Notes under the pieces: generated by a model | Database searches by the model: none | The model's input: only the letters and a program-made list of their open reading frames with translations | Told to the model about the DNA's origin: nothing | Shown: one piece after another, positions 8,758 to 18,447 of the stretch | Position numbering within the stretch: position 1 is the first letter of the stretch | Layout: each line of letters begins with the position of its first letter | Made by a program: the position numbers and the translations under genes | Assembly (NCBI GenBank): GCA_044344255.1 | Contig: JBIJDH010000002.1 | Span: 64,001-128,000 of the forward strand | Length of the DNA: 64,000 bases | Direction: 5' to 3' | Source of the DNA: Myxococcota bacterium | GTDB taxonomy: Bacteria > Myxococcota_A > UBA796 > UBA2385

Positions 8758-9768
8758 GTGGGGCGACCGAAGCTGGACGCGGCCGGACAAGCGGCCCTGG
8801 GCGCGCGGATCGAGGCGGGGCTGGGCGAGCAGGTGGGCCTCCCGGTCGAGGTCACGGCCCTGTCTCCGCTCGGCGGCGGGGCCTGCCAGGAGCTCTTCAG
8901 CGTCGATCTGCGCGTCGGAGGCGAGGCCCTCGCGCTGGTGCTGCGCTGTGACGCCCCCTCCTCGCTGCCGGGGAGCCTGCGCCGCGCCGCGGAGGTGGAG
9001 GTGGCGCGGGCCGCCTGGGAGGCGGGGGTGAAGACGGCCCGCCCCCGCTGGCTGCTCCGCGATCTGCTGCGGCCCGGGTCAGACGGCTGGTTCATGGATC
9101 GGCTGCCGGGCCTCGCCCTCGGCGGCAAGGTGGTGAGCGGGCGGGAGCTCGCGGGCGCGCGGGCGGGCCTGCCTTCGGCCCTCGCCGCGGAGCTGGCGCG
9201 GATCCACCGCCTCCGCCCCGGCGGGGCCCCGCCGCTGCCGCTGCCCCAGGCCGACCCGGTGGAGCAGCTCCGCGCCACCCTCGACGGCCTCGCCGCGCCT
9301 CGCTTGGCCCTGGAGCTCACGCTCCGCTGGCTGCGCGACCACCGGCCCGCGGGGGAGCCCGTCACGCTGGTGCACGGCGACTTCCGCGTCGGCAACCTCC
9401 TCGTGTCGCCGCGCGGGCTCGAGGCCGTGCTCGACTGGGAGTTCGCCCACTGGGGCACCCCCGCCGAGGATCTGGCCTGGCTCTGCGTGCGCGACTGGCG
9501 CTTCGGGCGGGTCGAGCTCGCCGCGGGGGGCCTCTGCAGCCGCGAGGCCCTGCTCGAGACCTACGCTGCCGCCGGTGGGGAGCCCCCGGGCGCGGCGGCG
9601 CTGCGCTGGTGGGAGGTGATGGGGAACGCCCGCTGGGCCGCCGGCTCGCGGGCCCAGGGGGAGCGATACCTCGCCGGAGATGAAGACGACATCGAGCTCC
9701 TCGCCATCGCCCGCCGGGCCGCCGAGATGGAGTTCGAGGCCCTGCGCCTGATCGAGGAGGCCGGATGA
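8758..9768 (+). CDS. APH-family phosphotransferase (LvaA / ACAD10-11 kinase-like)
   Basis: LGGGACQE, LVHGDFRVGN, VLDWEFAHWG, WLCVRDWRFG; start uncertain. Confidence 0.9.
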   Translation: MGRPKLDAAGQAALGARIEAGLGEQVGLPVEVTALSPLGGGACQELFSVDLRVGGEALALVLRCDAPSSLPGSLRRAAEVEVARAAWEAGVKTARPRWLLRDLLRPGSDGWFMDRLPGLALGGKVVSGRELAGARAGLPSALAAELARIHRLRPGGAPPLPLPQADPVEQLRATLDGLAAPRLALELTLRWLRDHRPAGEPVTLVHGDFRVGNLLVSPRGLEAVLDWEFAHWGTPAEDLAWLCVRDWRFGRVELAAGGLCSREALLETYAAAGGEPPGAAALRWWEVMGNARWAAGSRAQGERYLAGDEDDIELLAIARRAAEMEFEALRLIEEAG

Positions 9769-10145
9769 TCGAGCGACCCTCTGCCGAAGACACCCTCCAG
9801 GGCCTCGCGCGCTTCCTGCTCGAAGAGCTGCGCCCGGTCGTCACCGACAAGGTGCTGGCCTACAAGGTGCTCGTGGCCGCCCACATCGCCAGCGGCCTCT
9901 CGCGGGAGGCGGCGCTGGGCGCGGCCTTCGCCGAGCACGAGCGCGAGCGGCTCGGGGCGCTGCTCCCCGCCGCCCCCGCCGACGCCGGCCGCGCGGCCCT
10001 CCTGGCCGAGCTCATCGCCGAGGTGCGGGCTCCCGAGACGCCCGGCCCTCGGCTCGCCGCCATCCGCCGCGCCACGCTGGCCTCGCTGCGCGAAGAGCTC
10101 GTCGCGGTCAACCCCTTCTTCGACACCGGCTTGTCGCCCACCTGA
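9765..10145 (+). CDS. Small helical partner protein (DUF6285/LvaB-like)
   Basis: ATGA overlap with the kinase; MxERPS...FL.EEL.P...L..VNP pattern. Confidence 0.7.
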   Translation: MIERPSAEDTLQGLARFLLEELRPVVTDKVLAYKVLVAAHIASGLSREAALGAAFAEHERERLGALLPAAPADAGRAALLAELIAEVRAPETPGPRLAAIRRATLASLREELVAVNPFFDTGLSPT

Positions 10146-10252
10146 GGGGCATCCGGCCCGGGCCTGCAATTTGCAGGAGCGGCGTGAGGTGTCTATAGGG
10201 GCCGTCCAACCCGCTCATTGGTTGGATCGATCGCCCATACACCGAAGTCCTG

Positions 10253-10912
10253 ATGCGTCCGCTGCTGCTCTCCCTGCTCCTCGCCGCGCTCTCTGCCCCA
10301 GCCTTCGCCAAGAAGGACAAGGGCGACGACGACGAGGGCAAGATCCGCCTCCGCGGCGACACCAACATCGTCTCGATGGACACCTTCTCGATCGTGCCGG
10401 AAGATCCGGACGCCGCCGGCTTTGACGAGGCGGGCTTCAAGTCCACGGGCATCTCGCTCGGCGGCGCCGAGGCGCGCCTCCACATCTCCTACCTCGTGAC
10501 CCCCCAGATCGAGGTGGGCGTGGGCCTCGCGCTCGGCAGCACGACCCTCAAGTCTTTCGTCGACAAGGAAGATCCGGAGCCCCTCGGCAAGACCACGAAC
10601 ATCGGCCTGCTGTTCGAGCCCGCCTACAACCTCAAGCTCACGGAGGGCCTCCAGCTCTTCGTGCAGCCCGAGGTGGGGATCGCCAACACCAAGACCACCC
10701 CCGAGGACGGTGATCCCACCGGCTCGAAGTACATGCTCTACGGGGCCGAGGTGGGAGTGCACAAGCGGCTCGTCAAGCACGCCACGATGGACCTCGGCCT
10801 CGAGTACCTCGCAGGCAGCGGCCATGACAGCGTGGACGGCAAAGAGGACGACACCTATACGAACAAGCTCTCCCACATCGGCATCCGGGCGGGCTTCGGC
10901 ATCCGCATCTGA
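10253..10912 (+). CDS. Outer-membrane beta-barrel protein
   Basis: Signal peptide (APAFA), amphipathic strands, C-terminal GIRAGFGIRI. Confidence 0.8.
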   Translation: MRPLLLSLLLAALSAPAFAKKDKGDDDEGKIRLRGDTNIVSMDTFSIVPEDPDAAGFDEAGFKSTGISLGGAEARLHISYLVTPQIEVGVGLALGSTTLKSFVDKEDPEPLGKTTNIGLLFEPAYNLKLTEGLQLFVQPEVGIANTKTTPEDGDPTGSKYMLYGAEVGVHKRLVKHATMDLGLEYLAGSGHDSVDGKEDDTYTNKLSHIGIRAGFGIRI

Positions 10913-11033
10913 GAGGCTCCACGGCCGCGGCCCTGCACCATCCCTGCACAGAGGCTGTGGGGATGCGGCACAGGGCCGCGGCGGGAGCGCCCAGGGGCCA
11001 CCTTAGGTTGGGGATGAACCCAAGGTGGAACCC

Positions 11034-12317
11034 ATGCACCCCCTCCTCCGACTCGTCGGCCTCGTCGCCGTGTTCTTGTTCACGACCGTCTGTTGGTTCG
11101 CCCTCGCCGGGGTGACCAGCTCCCGAACCCAGGAGCAGCAATACGCCCTCGACGGGCGCGTGGCCGACCTCTGGGGCAGCCCGCAGGCCCAGCTCGCCCC
11201 CGCCTTTATCGAGGAGTGGGTGGTGGAGCGGCAGGAGGCCTCCGAGGTCACCGATCCGGTGACCGGCCGCACGATGAAGACCAGCAAGACCGTGCGCGAG
11301 CTCCAGTCCCGCCCGGTCGACCCGAACCGCAGCCGAATCGCCGTCGACCTCAAGCTCGATCAGCGCCGGAAGGGGCTCCTGTGGTACCCCCTCTATGACG
11401 TGGGCTTCTCGGGGGACTGGACCTATCGCCACGAGGGCCGGGACGACCACCTTCGCATCGTCTTCCCCTTCGCCGACAGCCAGGGTGTCTACGACGACTT
11501 CGCCTTCGTGGTGGACGGGGTGGACCGGGCCCGCGAGCTCCACCCGGAGGGGGGAAAGGTCTATACGGTGGTGCCGGTGACGGCCGGCCAGGTGGTGAGC
11601 CTGCACATCGGCTACACCTCCCGCGGCAAGGGGGGGTGGAGCTACCGACCCACCGAGGGCGTGGGCCAGATCGAGGACTTCTCGCTGGTGATGAACACCG
11701 ACTTCGACTCGATTGACTATCCGAACCTCACCCTCTCCCCCTCCTCTCGCACCGCCACCGAGGCGGGCTGGCGCCTCGAGTGGACCTTCTCTCGCCTCGT
11801 CAGCGCTTATGGCATCGGGATGGTGATGCCGGAGCGGGTGCAGCCGGGCGAGCTGTCGAGCAGCATCAGCCTGTCGGCGCCCCTGTCGCTGGGGCTGTAT
11901 TTCCTGTGGATCTATGTCCTCGGCATCCTGAAGGGCAAGAGCATCCACCCGATCAACTATCTGTTCATCGCCGCGGCCTTCTTCTCTTTTGACCTCCTCT
12001 TCGCCTATACGGCTGACCGGCTGCCCGTCGAGCAGGCCTTCGCCCTGGCGAGCGTCGTCAGCATCGGCCTCGTCGCCTCCTACCTGCGCCTCGTCGTCGG
12101 GTCGCGCTTCGCCCTCTTCGAGGCGGGCCTCGCCCAGCTCCTCTATCAGGTGGGCTTCTCGCTCGCGCACTTCTGGGAGGGCACCACCGGCCTCACCATC
12201 ACCGTGCTCGGCACCGTCACCCTCTTCGCGCTGATGCAGCTCACCGGCCGCATCAAGTGGAGCGAGGTGCTCAGCCGACAGGCCCCGGCCGCGCCGCTGC
12301 CGAGCCCGGCCCGCTGA
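11034..12317 (+). CDS. creD: Inner membrane protein, CreD family
   Basis: N-terminal TM, WGSPQxQ, RRKGLLWYxLY, periplasmic domain, IHPINYLF followed by about 5 TM helices. Confidence 0.75.
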   Translation: MHPLLRLVGLVAVFLFTTVCWFALAGVTSSRTQEQQYALDGRVADLWGSPQAQLAPAFIEEWVVERQEASEVTDPVTGRTMKTSKTVRELQSRPVDPNRSRIAVDLKLDQRRKGLLWYPLYDVGFSGDWTYRHEGRDDHLRIVFPFADSQGVYDDFAFVVDGVDRARELHPEGGKVYTVVPVTAGQVVSLHIGYTSRGKGGWSYRPTEGVGQIEDFSLVMNTDFDSIDYPNLTLSPSSRTATEAGWRLEWTFSRLVSAYGIGMVMPERVQPGELSSSISLSAPLSLGLYFLWIYVLGILKGKSIHPINYLFIAAAFFSFDLLFAYTADRLPVEQAFALASVVSIGLVASYLRLVVGSRFALFEAGLAQLLYQVGFSLAHFWEGTTGLTITVLGTVTLFALMQLTGRIKWSEVLSRQAPAAPLPSPAR

Positions 12318-12363
12318 GCCGGAGACGGTGAGCCGGCAACGGTGAGCCGGCGGCGGTGAAGGG

Positions 12364-13167
12364 TCACAGATAGGCGCGCACGAAGCCGTAGAGCGGTCGC
12401 AGGGCGGGCAGATAGACCGTCTCCGAGGTATAGAGCAGATAGAGCAGCCGGGCTGACGCCAGCGAGAGCGTCAGCCCGGCTGCCGCCGTCAGGGCCAGGA
12501 GCTCGCCGGGGCGGGCATCCAGGGGCCTGCGGAGGCGCCGGGGCGCGGCGGGGTCAAAGCCGCGGGCGTCGAGGGTCTCGGCGAGGGTGCGGGCGCGGCG
12601 TAAGGAGCGGGCGACCACCGGGCGGAGGAGGGAGAGCTCGAGCGCCAGCCAGGCGAGCGGGCGGCGGGCCCAGACCGGCCGGCCACGCGAGGCGCGAGAG
12701 GCCCGCACCGCGGCGAGCTCGGCCCAGAGGGTGGGGACGAAGCGGAGGGCCGTCACGGCGAGGAAGGCGAGGCCGCTCGGGAAGCGCAGCGCCACGAACG
12801 CGGCGAAGAGGCGGTCGGGGGGCGTGGACAGGGACAGAGAGACTCCGGACAGGCTGAGGGCGAGGAAGCGCAGCGACTGGACGAGCCCGTCCCGGACACC
12901 CTCCCGCCAGAGGGTGAGGGGGCCCCAGTGGATGAGCTCCACCCGCGGCTGCTCGGCGTAGAAGAGGCCCTGGGTGAGGACGGTGCTCCAGACGAGGGCC
13001 AGGACGCCGAGGGTACCGCGCCGCAGGGCCGCGGCCGAGGGGCGCATCGCGAGCAGCGGCAGGGCCGAGACGAGGGCGAGCAGGCCGAGGGAGGTGGCGT
13101 GGTCGAGCGTCACGGCGAGGAGCCCGACACAGGCGAGCAGGCCGAGGCGGAGGCGGGGATCGGTCAT
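12364..13167 (-). CDS. ecfT: ECF transporter T component
   Basis: ALRFVPTL, ASRASRG and LDARGF (two X-R-G motifs); start overlaps the ATPase stop. Confidence 0.9.
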   Translation of the reverse strand: MTDPRLRLGLLACVGLLAVTLDHATSLGLLALVSALPLLAMRPSAAALRRGTLGVLALVWSTVLTQGLFYAEQPRVELIHWGPLTLWREGVRDGLVQSLRFLALSLSGVSLSLSTPPDRLFAAFVALRFPSGLAFLAVTALRFVPTLWAELAAVRASRASRGRPVWARRPLAWLALELSLLRPVVARSLRRARTLAETLDARGFDPAAPRRLRRPLDARPGELLALTAAAGLTLSLASARLLYLLYTSETVYLPALRPLYGFVRAYL

Positions 13168-14771
13168 GGCGACCCCAGCGTGCGCCCGAGCTCGGCGGCG
13201 GTGCGGTGGGGGAGGCCACGGGCGGCGCACCACCGGAGGAAGGGGGGCAAGAGCAGGCTCGGATCGGCCTCGATCGCGGGGAGGAGCTCGGCCGGCGGCC
13301 CATCGGCGACGAGGTGACCCCCGCGGAGCAGCAGGATCCGGGTGGCGTGGCGGGCGGCCAGATCGACGTCGTGGGTGGCGAAGAGCAGGGTAGCGCCGCG
13401 GAGAGACTGGGTGAGGGCCTCCATCATCGCCTCGACCTGGTCGCGATCCTGGCCGGCGGTGGGCTCGTCGAGCAGGAGGAGGGCGGGGCGGCTCGCGAGG
13501 GCCGCGGCCACCGCCACCCGCAGGCGCTGGCCCCGAGAGAGGGCCTGGGGCGCCATCTCCCAGAGGTCCTCCACCGACAGGGCGCGGGCGGCGCGGCGGG
13601 CGGGGAGCGCAGGGTCACCCGGGAGGAGCTCGCGGGGGCCGTACTGGAGCTCCTCGCCCACGGTGGCGGAGAAGAGGGCCAGGTCGGGATCTTGGGGGAT
13701 GAGGATGACCCGCCCGCAGGGCGTGCGCAGGGCGGAGAGGCGCGCGAAGAGGGTCGACTTGCCGGCCCCGTTGCCCCCCAGCACGGCGACCCGCTCACCG
13801 GCGAAGAGCCGCAGCGGCGGGAGATCGAGGGCCAGCGTGCGATCCCCGCCAGCGGCCCAAGCATGGCGCAGCGCCGGGGTGTGGAGGAGGGGCTCGGCGC
13901 CCGGCCCCGGCCCCGGCCCCGGCTCCGAGGGGCCCGGGAGCAGCGAGGCCGGGAGCAGCGAGGTGGGGACAGGCGTCTCGGGCCACCGGGCCTCGATCGC
14001 CGCGGCGCCGAAGCGGTGCTGGAGCTCCAAGAGCGGGGGCACCGACAGGCCGAGCGAGAGGAGGCGGCCGGGGTCGAGCTCGGCGGCCGCCCAGTCGTCA
14101 GTCAGTCGACCGCCCTCCATCACGAGCAGGCGGTCGAGCAGCGGGAGGCAGGGCTCGAGGCGGTGCTCGACGAGGAGCACGCTGTGGCCTTGGTCGGCGA
14201 GGAGCCGGAGGAGCTCGAGCAGGGACTGGGCGCCCACGGGATCGAGGTGGGCGAGGGGCTCGTCGAGGAGCAGGAGCCGCGCGCCCGCCGACAGGGCGGC
14301 GCCGACCACGAGGCGCTGGCGCTGCCCCCCCGAGAGGGCCACCGTGGCGCGGTCGGGCTCGGCGGGGAGCCCGACGGCCCGCAGCAGGCGGTCAATGGTG
14401 GTGTCGAGCGTGCCCGGATCGAGGCCCGCCGACTCGGCGGCGAAGGCGATCTCGTCGCCCAGGGTGCCGGTCACCACCTGATCGACTGGATTTTGAGAGA
14501 CGAAGCCGATCCGCGCCACCCGCTCTGCGGGAGAGAGCGCGGCGGGATCGGCCCCGCCGACCGACACCGCCCCGGAGAGGGCGCCGGAGCCGTGGCGGGC
14601 GAGCAGGCCGGCCGCGAGGCGGAGGAGGGTCGACTTCCCGCAGCCGGTGGGCCCGGTGAGCAGGGTCAGCGTGCCCGGTTCGAGCGAGAGGCTCAGCCCC
14701 TCGAGCGCGGGCCGATCGGCGGCGGGGTACCGATAGCCGGCTTGGCGCAGCTCCAGCGCGGGCTCGCGCAT
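13164..14771 (-). CDS. ECF transporter fused double ATPase
   Basis: GPTGCGKS / LSGGQRQR / LLLDEP and GGNGAGKS / LSRGQRLR / LLLDEP; start MREPALE overlaps the upstream stop. Confidence 0.92.
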   Translation of the reverse strand: MREPALELRQAGYRYPAADRPALEGLSLSLEPGTLTLLTGPTGCGKSTLLRLAAGLLARHGSGALSGAVSVGGADPAALSPAERVARIGFVSQNPVDQVVTGTLGDEIAFAAESAGLDPGTLDTTIDRLLRAVGLPAEPDRATVALSGGQRQRLVVGAALSAGARLLLLDEPLAHLDPVGAQSLLELLRLLADQGHSVLLVEHRLEPCLPLLDRLLVMEGGRLTDDWAAAELDPGRLLSLGLSVPPLLELQHRFGAAAIEARWPETPVPTSLLPASLLPGPSEPGPGPGPGAEPLLHTPALRHAWAAGGDRTLALDLPPLRLFAGERVAVLGGNGAGKSTLFARLSALRTPCGRVILIPQDPDLALFSATVGEELQYGPRELLPGDPALPARRAARALSVEDLWEMAPQALSRGQRLRVAVAAALASRPALLLLDEPTAGQDRDQVEAMMEALTQSLRGATLLFATHDVDLAARHATRILLLRGGHLVADGPPAELLPAIEADPSLLLPPFLRWCAARGLPHRTAAELGRTLGSP

Positions 14772-16531
14772 CAGCTCTCCACCCGACGCAGCGAGTCGGC
14801 GAAGCGCAGCGCCACCCCGCTCGCGGCCAGCACATAGAGGAAGCCCGGAAAGAGGACGATCATCACCACGTACCAGTCGGCGTAGCTCAGGCGATAGAGC
14901 GCCGACTGGAGGGTGAGCCCCGTCGCCGTCCCGACCGCCGAGGCCAGCCCCAAGCCGAGGCCGAGGCGGAGCCAACGGCCGGCCGGCGAGCCCGAGGCGC
15001 CGAGGCCGCGGCTGAGCCCGGTGAGGGCGGCGAAGAGCTCCAGATAGAAGACCCGCGCCGTGACGAAGAGGAGGTCAAAGGGACTGAAGCCGCCGAGCGC
15101 GAAGCCGCGCAGGAGGTAGCCGAGCACGGCGGCGAGGCCGAGGGTGCCGGGGCGGGGCAGGAGGGTGATGAGGGTGCCGAGCAGCACGGTGGAGACGGCG
15201 TCGTCGAGGATCCCGGTGAGCAGCGACGAGAAGGGCCCGAGGATCGCGCCCACCCCGGCGCCGACGAGCTGGGAGACGGAGCCGGCGACGAAGAGCAGCG
15301 CCGCGAAGAGCGCGATGGTGACGAGATCGGCGCTCCGTTGACCGATCCAGCGCGGCCCGCGGAGGCCAAGCAAGAGGCCGCCACCCAAGGAGGCCAGCAG
15401 GGCCAGGCTGAGGCCGACGGCCTGTCGGGTGTCACCCCGCGAGGCGTAGAGGGGGCGCTGGTGGACCGCCAACGGGTGCGAGAGGGGAGCGGAGCTGCCG
15501 AGGGGAGCGGCGCTGAGCTCGAGGGTCCAGGTGCGCGCGGCGTCGAGGGCGGCCTCGTCGACGAAGACGGGTAAGGCGGCCCGGGCCTCACCCTGGGCGG
15601 GCACCCGCAGCAGGACGCTCACGAGGCCGGTGCCGTCGTCGGCGCTGCGCATCCGCGGGCGAAAGACGGGGTCGGGCTGCCCGTCGGGCCCCAGCACCCG
15701 CGCGCGGACCACGAGGTTGATCGGGCTGTCGCTGCGGTTCTCGATCGTGACCCCCGCGTTGGACCAGGGCGCCTCGGAGTTTCGAGGCCGGGTGCCGAGG
15801 GGGCTGTGATCGAGCACGGCCTGCCAGAGCGGCGAGGGGAGGGTGATGCGCCCGCTCGGCCGGGCGATGTCGGGCTCGCCGGTGGGCCCCGCCGGGAAGT
15901 CGACCCGCACGATGCGGAGCCCTGCGGCGACGGCCTCGGTTGAGAGGCGCACGGGCTCCACGCGCAGCGACAGGCGCTGACCGGCGGCCTCGACCGTGAT
16001 CGGGGTGGGCTCGCCGGCGGGCGCCTGGGCGACGAGGCGCTCGCCGGGGCGGAGCACCCCCTCCACCGCGGGGCCGCCGCCGGCGAGGATGCGCACGGGG
16101 CCTGGATCCCGCGCGGTCACGGAGACGGAGAGGCTGGCGGTGGCGCCCTCGACGAGCGGGAAGCGGAGGGTCTCTCCGTCCTGGACGCGCACCCGGCCTT
16201 GCCCGATCGGCGCCTCTACCTCGACGGACAGGGTGGGGGCGCCCAGCGGCACGGAGAAGGGCGTGTCAGAGGAGAGGCCGTCGCCGTCGATCACGCGCAG
16301 CACATAGTCCGCTCCGGCCTCCCAGCGGAAGCTGATCTCCGCCTCCTGGACCGCGGCGGGGAACCGGCGGGTCGCGAGGACGGCCCCGGTCGTGTCCTTC
16401 AGCTCCGCCCGAGACAGGCCGCTCGGCGCGCGCGCCAAGGCCCCCGTCGGCCGCAGCTCCACCGTGACCGGCGCCCGCTCGGCGGCGCAGGCGGCGAGCA
16501 GGGCGAAGAGGGCGAGCGGGGCGCGCCTCAC
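14771..16531 (-). CDS. Lipoprotein-signal ectodomain fused to a C-terminal ECF S-component-like membrane domain
   Basis: LLAAC lipobox, about 350-aa soluble beta-rich region, then about 7 TM helices with DLVTIALFAAL and LLPRPGT; lies directly upstream of the ECF A and T genes. Confidence 0.75.
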   Translation of the reverse strand: MRRAPLALFALLAACAAERAPVTVELRPTGALARAPSGLSRAELKDTTGAVLATRRFPAAVQEAEISFRWEAGADYVLRVIDGDGLSSDTPFSVPLGAPTLSVEVEAPIGQGRVRVQDGETLRFPLVEGATASLSVSVTARDPGPVRILAGGGPAVEGVLRPGERLVAQAPAGEPTPITVEAAGQRLSLRVEPVRLSTEAVAAGLRIVRVDFPAGPTGEPDIARPSGRITLPSPLWQAVLDHSPLGTRPRNSEAPWSNAGVTIENRSDSPINLVVRARVLGPDGQPDPVFRPRMRSADDGTGLVSVLLRVPAQGEARAALPVFVDEAALDAARTWTLELSAAPLGSSAPLSHPLAVHQRPLYASRGDTRQAVGLSLALLASLGGGLLLGLRGPRWIGQRSADLVTIALFAALLFVAGSVSQLVGAGVGAILGPFSSLLTGILDDAVSTVLLGTLITLLPRPGTLGLAAVLGYLLRGFALGGFSPFDLLFVTARVFYLELFAALTGLSRGLGASGSPAGRWLRLGLGLGLASAVGTATGLTLQSALYRLSYADWYVVMIVLFPGFLYVLAASGVALRFADSLRRVES

Positions 16532-18111
16532 CGCATCACGGTGACCCGATAGGCGCCGACGCTGCCCGCCTCGGTTCGATAGGGAAATTCAGCCAGGGCC
16601 AGTCGGCCGTCGGCGCTCAGCGCCTGTCGGAAGAAGACCGGCCCCTCGGTGGAGCAGGTGGTGAGGCGCCGAGCCTCGCCGCCGCGGCCGTCGCCGGGGC
16701 TCGACAGGTCGAAGATCAGCGCCCCGTAGAGGTCGCGCCGGGTGTCGGCGTCCCGCGCCCCCGCGCCCACCGCGAGGCTCTGGCCGTCGGCCCCGAGGCT
16801 CAGCCCCTCCACCCGCTGCTCCCCGTGCCAGCTCCAGCGCTGGGCCCCGTCGAGGCCATAGACCCAGAGGCCGTCTTCGTTCGGGTGGGCCGCGGGGGGC
16901 CGGGTGTCGGGCGCGGCCGCACCATAGGGGATGTTGGTGCCGGAGGTGAGGAAGACGGCCTCGTCTCCGTGCAGGAGCCCGTGGCCGATCGAGGCGGCGA
17001 TCGGGACCTGGCCGGCCATCACGGGGGTGCCCGCGTCGACGGAGGCCAGGGCCGCCCCTGAGCCGAGGCGCTGCAGGCGGAGGCGGCCGTCGCCGAAGCC
17101 CATCAGGACGGCGTCATTGGCCGCGGACACGTCGAGGGCCTCCCACAGGAAGGCGCTCTTCCACCAGGGCGCGAGGGGCTCGATCTGGTGCGCAGAGACG
17201 GGGGAGAGGTCGTCGAGGCGGAGCACCTGGGCGCCATTAACCGGCAGGTCGACCGGCGCCGGGCCGTCGGCGGATCGGCCGACGGCGACGATGACCAGCC
17301 CGCCCGCCTCGTCGACCCGGGGGTGCCAGAGGGTAGCGTCGGCGGCCTCGGCCGGCCAGCGCGCCTTGAGCTGCCCTCGGTCGTCCAGGCGGAGCAGCAC
17401 GGCCTTGTTCTTTCGGACGCCAGCGCTGTCGTTCCACCCGTGTGTGCCGGCGAGGATGAGGTCGCCCCCGGAGAGGACCGAGATGCCATAGGCCGAGGGG
17501 AGGGTATAGACCCCGTAGATGTCCTCTCCGGGCGGGGCCGGTGAGCTGTCGATGAGGTCCGCGAGGCGATAGGACCAGCGCGGCTCGAGGTCGCGGGGGT
17601 CGAGGGCGTGGACGAAGGCGTCCGGGGACTGCTCGCCGGCGTAGAGCGTGTCACCGTCGGGGGCCCAGGCCACGGTCTTCACCATGGTCTCGGCGAGGTG
17701 GCGGCGGGCCTTCACCGCGCCGGTCCAGCCGTCGAGCACGAGCAGGTCGCCGTTGTAGCTGCCCACGGCGAGGCGGTCGCCGGTGGGGGACCAGGCGAGG
17801 GCGGTGTCGGGGGCGTCGCCGCCCATGGCGAGCAGCCGAGAGACGTCGCCGAGCTCCACGCGGAAGAGCGTGAGGCAGTCCGCCTTCTCGGGTGCGGTCA
17901 GGCGGCGCCCCGCGACCTCGATCGCGTGCAGGGGCGACCAAGGGGCGGCGACGAGCGTACCCTGGCCCCCGGGGAGGGGCTGCCCGTCGGCCTCGCCGGG
18001 GAGCACGACCCCGCCGCGGAGGAAGACCACCTCGCCCGTCGGGGCCGGGGCCCCGCCGCAGGCGAGGATCAGAGCGGGCCCTGCCAGTCGAGCTCGGTGT
18101 AGGCGGTACAT
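16528..18111 (-). CDS. WD40/PQQ-like beta-propeller protein, possible lipoprotein
   Basis: LAWSPTGDRLAVG, VAWAPDGDTLYAG repeats; LILAC near the N-terminus; start overlaps the upstream gene and is uncertain. Confidence 0.8.
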   Translation of the reverse strand: MYRLHRARLAGPALILACGGAPAPTGEVVFLRGGVVLPGEADGQPLPGGQGTLVAAPWSPLHAIEVAGRRLTAPEKADCLTLFRVELGDVSRLLAMGGDAPDTALAWSPTGDRLAVGSYNGDLLVLDGWTGAVKARRHLAETMVKTVAWAPDGDTLYAGEQSPDAFVHALDPRDLEPRWSYRLADLIDSSPAPPGEDIYGVYTLPSAYGISVLSGGDLILAGTHGWNDSAGVRKNKAVLLRLDDRGQLKARWPAEAADATLWHPRVDEAGGLVIVAVGRSADGPAPVDLPVNGAQVLRLDDLSPVSAHQIEPLAPWWKSAFLWEALDVSAANDAVLMGFGDGRLRLQRLGSGAALASVDAGTPVMAGQVPIAASIGHGLLHGDEAVFLTSGTNIPYGAAAPDTRPPAAHPNEDGLWVYGLDGAQRWSWHGEQRVEGLSLGADGQSLAVGAGARDADTRRDLYGALIFDLSSPGDGRGGEARRLTTCSTEGPVFFRQALSADGRLALAEFPYRTEAGSVGAYRVTVMR

Positions 18112-18428
18112 TCGGCGTCCTCGGCTCGAAAGGCGGTCTCTCTCTCTTCACAGGCGGCGTCGGTCCGGCCCTCCGCCTCGGCGCGGCCCCGGTCTATCGC
18201 GTCCTCCTCGAGCAGGCGCTGCTCCCAGGCCCAGGTCTCACAAGCCTCGGTGAACGCGTCCACGTCGGCGTAGCCGGCCGCCGCCCAGTCCACCCCCCAG
18301 TCGGTGAGGCACCCACCATACAGCTCCGCCGCCGCCGCGCACATCTCGGTGCAGGGATCAGGCGGGCCGGCGCAGGACAGCAACACTGATAGGGAAAGGG
18401 ACAGGACGGGCGAAAGGTGCGCGCGCAT
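18069..18428 (-). CDS. Small Cys-rich lipoprotein
   Basis: VLLSC lipobox followed by six further Cys (CTEMC...C...C...C...C). Confidence 0.75.
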   Translation of the reverse strand: MRAHLSPVLSLSLSVLLSCAGPPDPCTEMCAAAAELYGGCLTDWGVDWAAAGYADVDAFTEACETWAWEQRLLEEDAIDRGRAEAEGRTDAACEERETAFRAEDAECTAYTELDWQGPL

Positions 18429-18447
18429 CGAGGGGCTCGCGGTGCGC

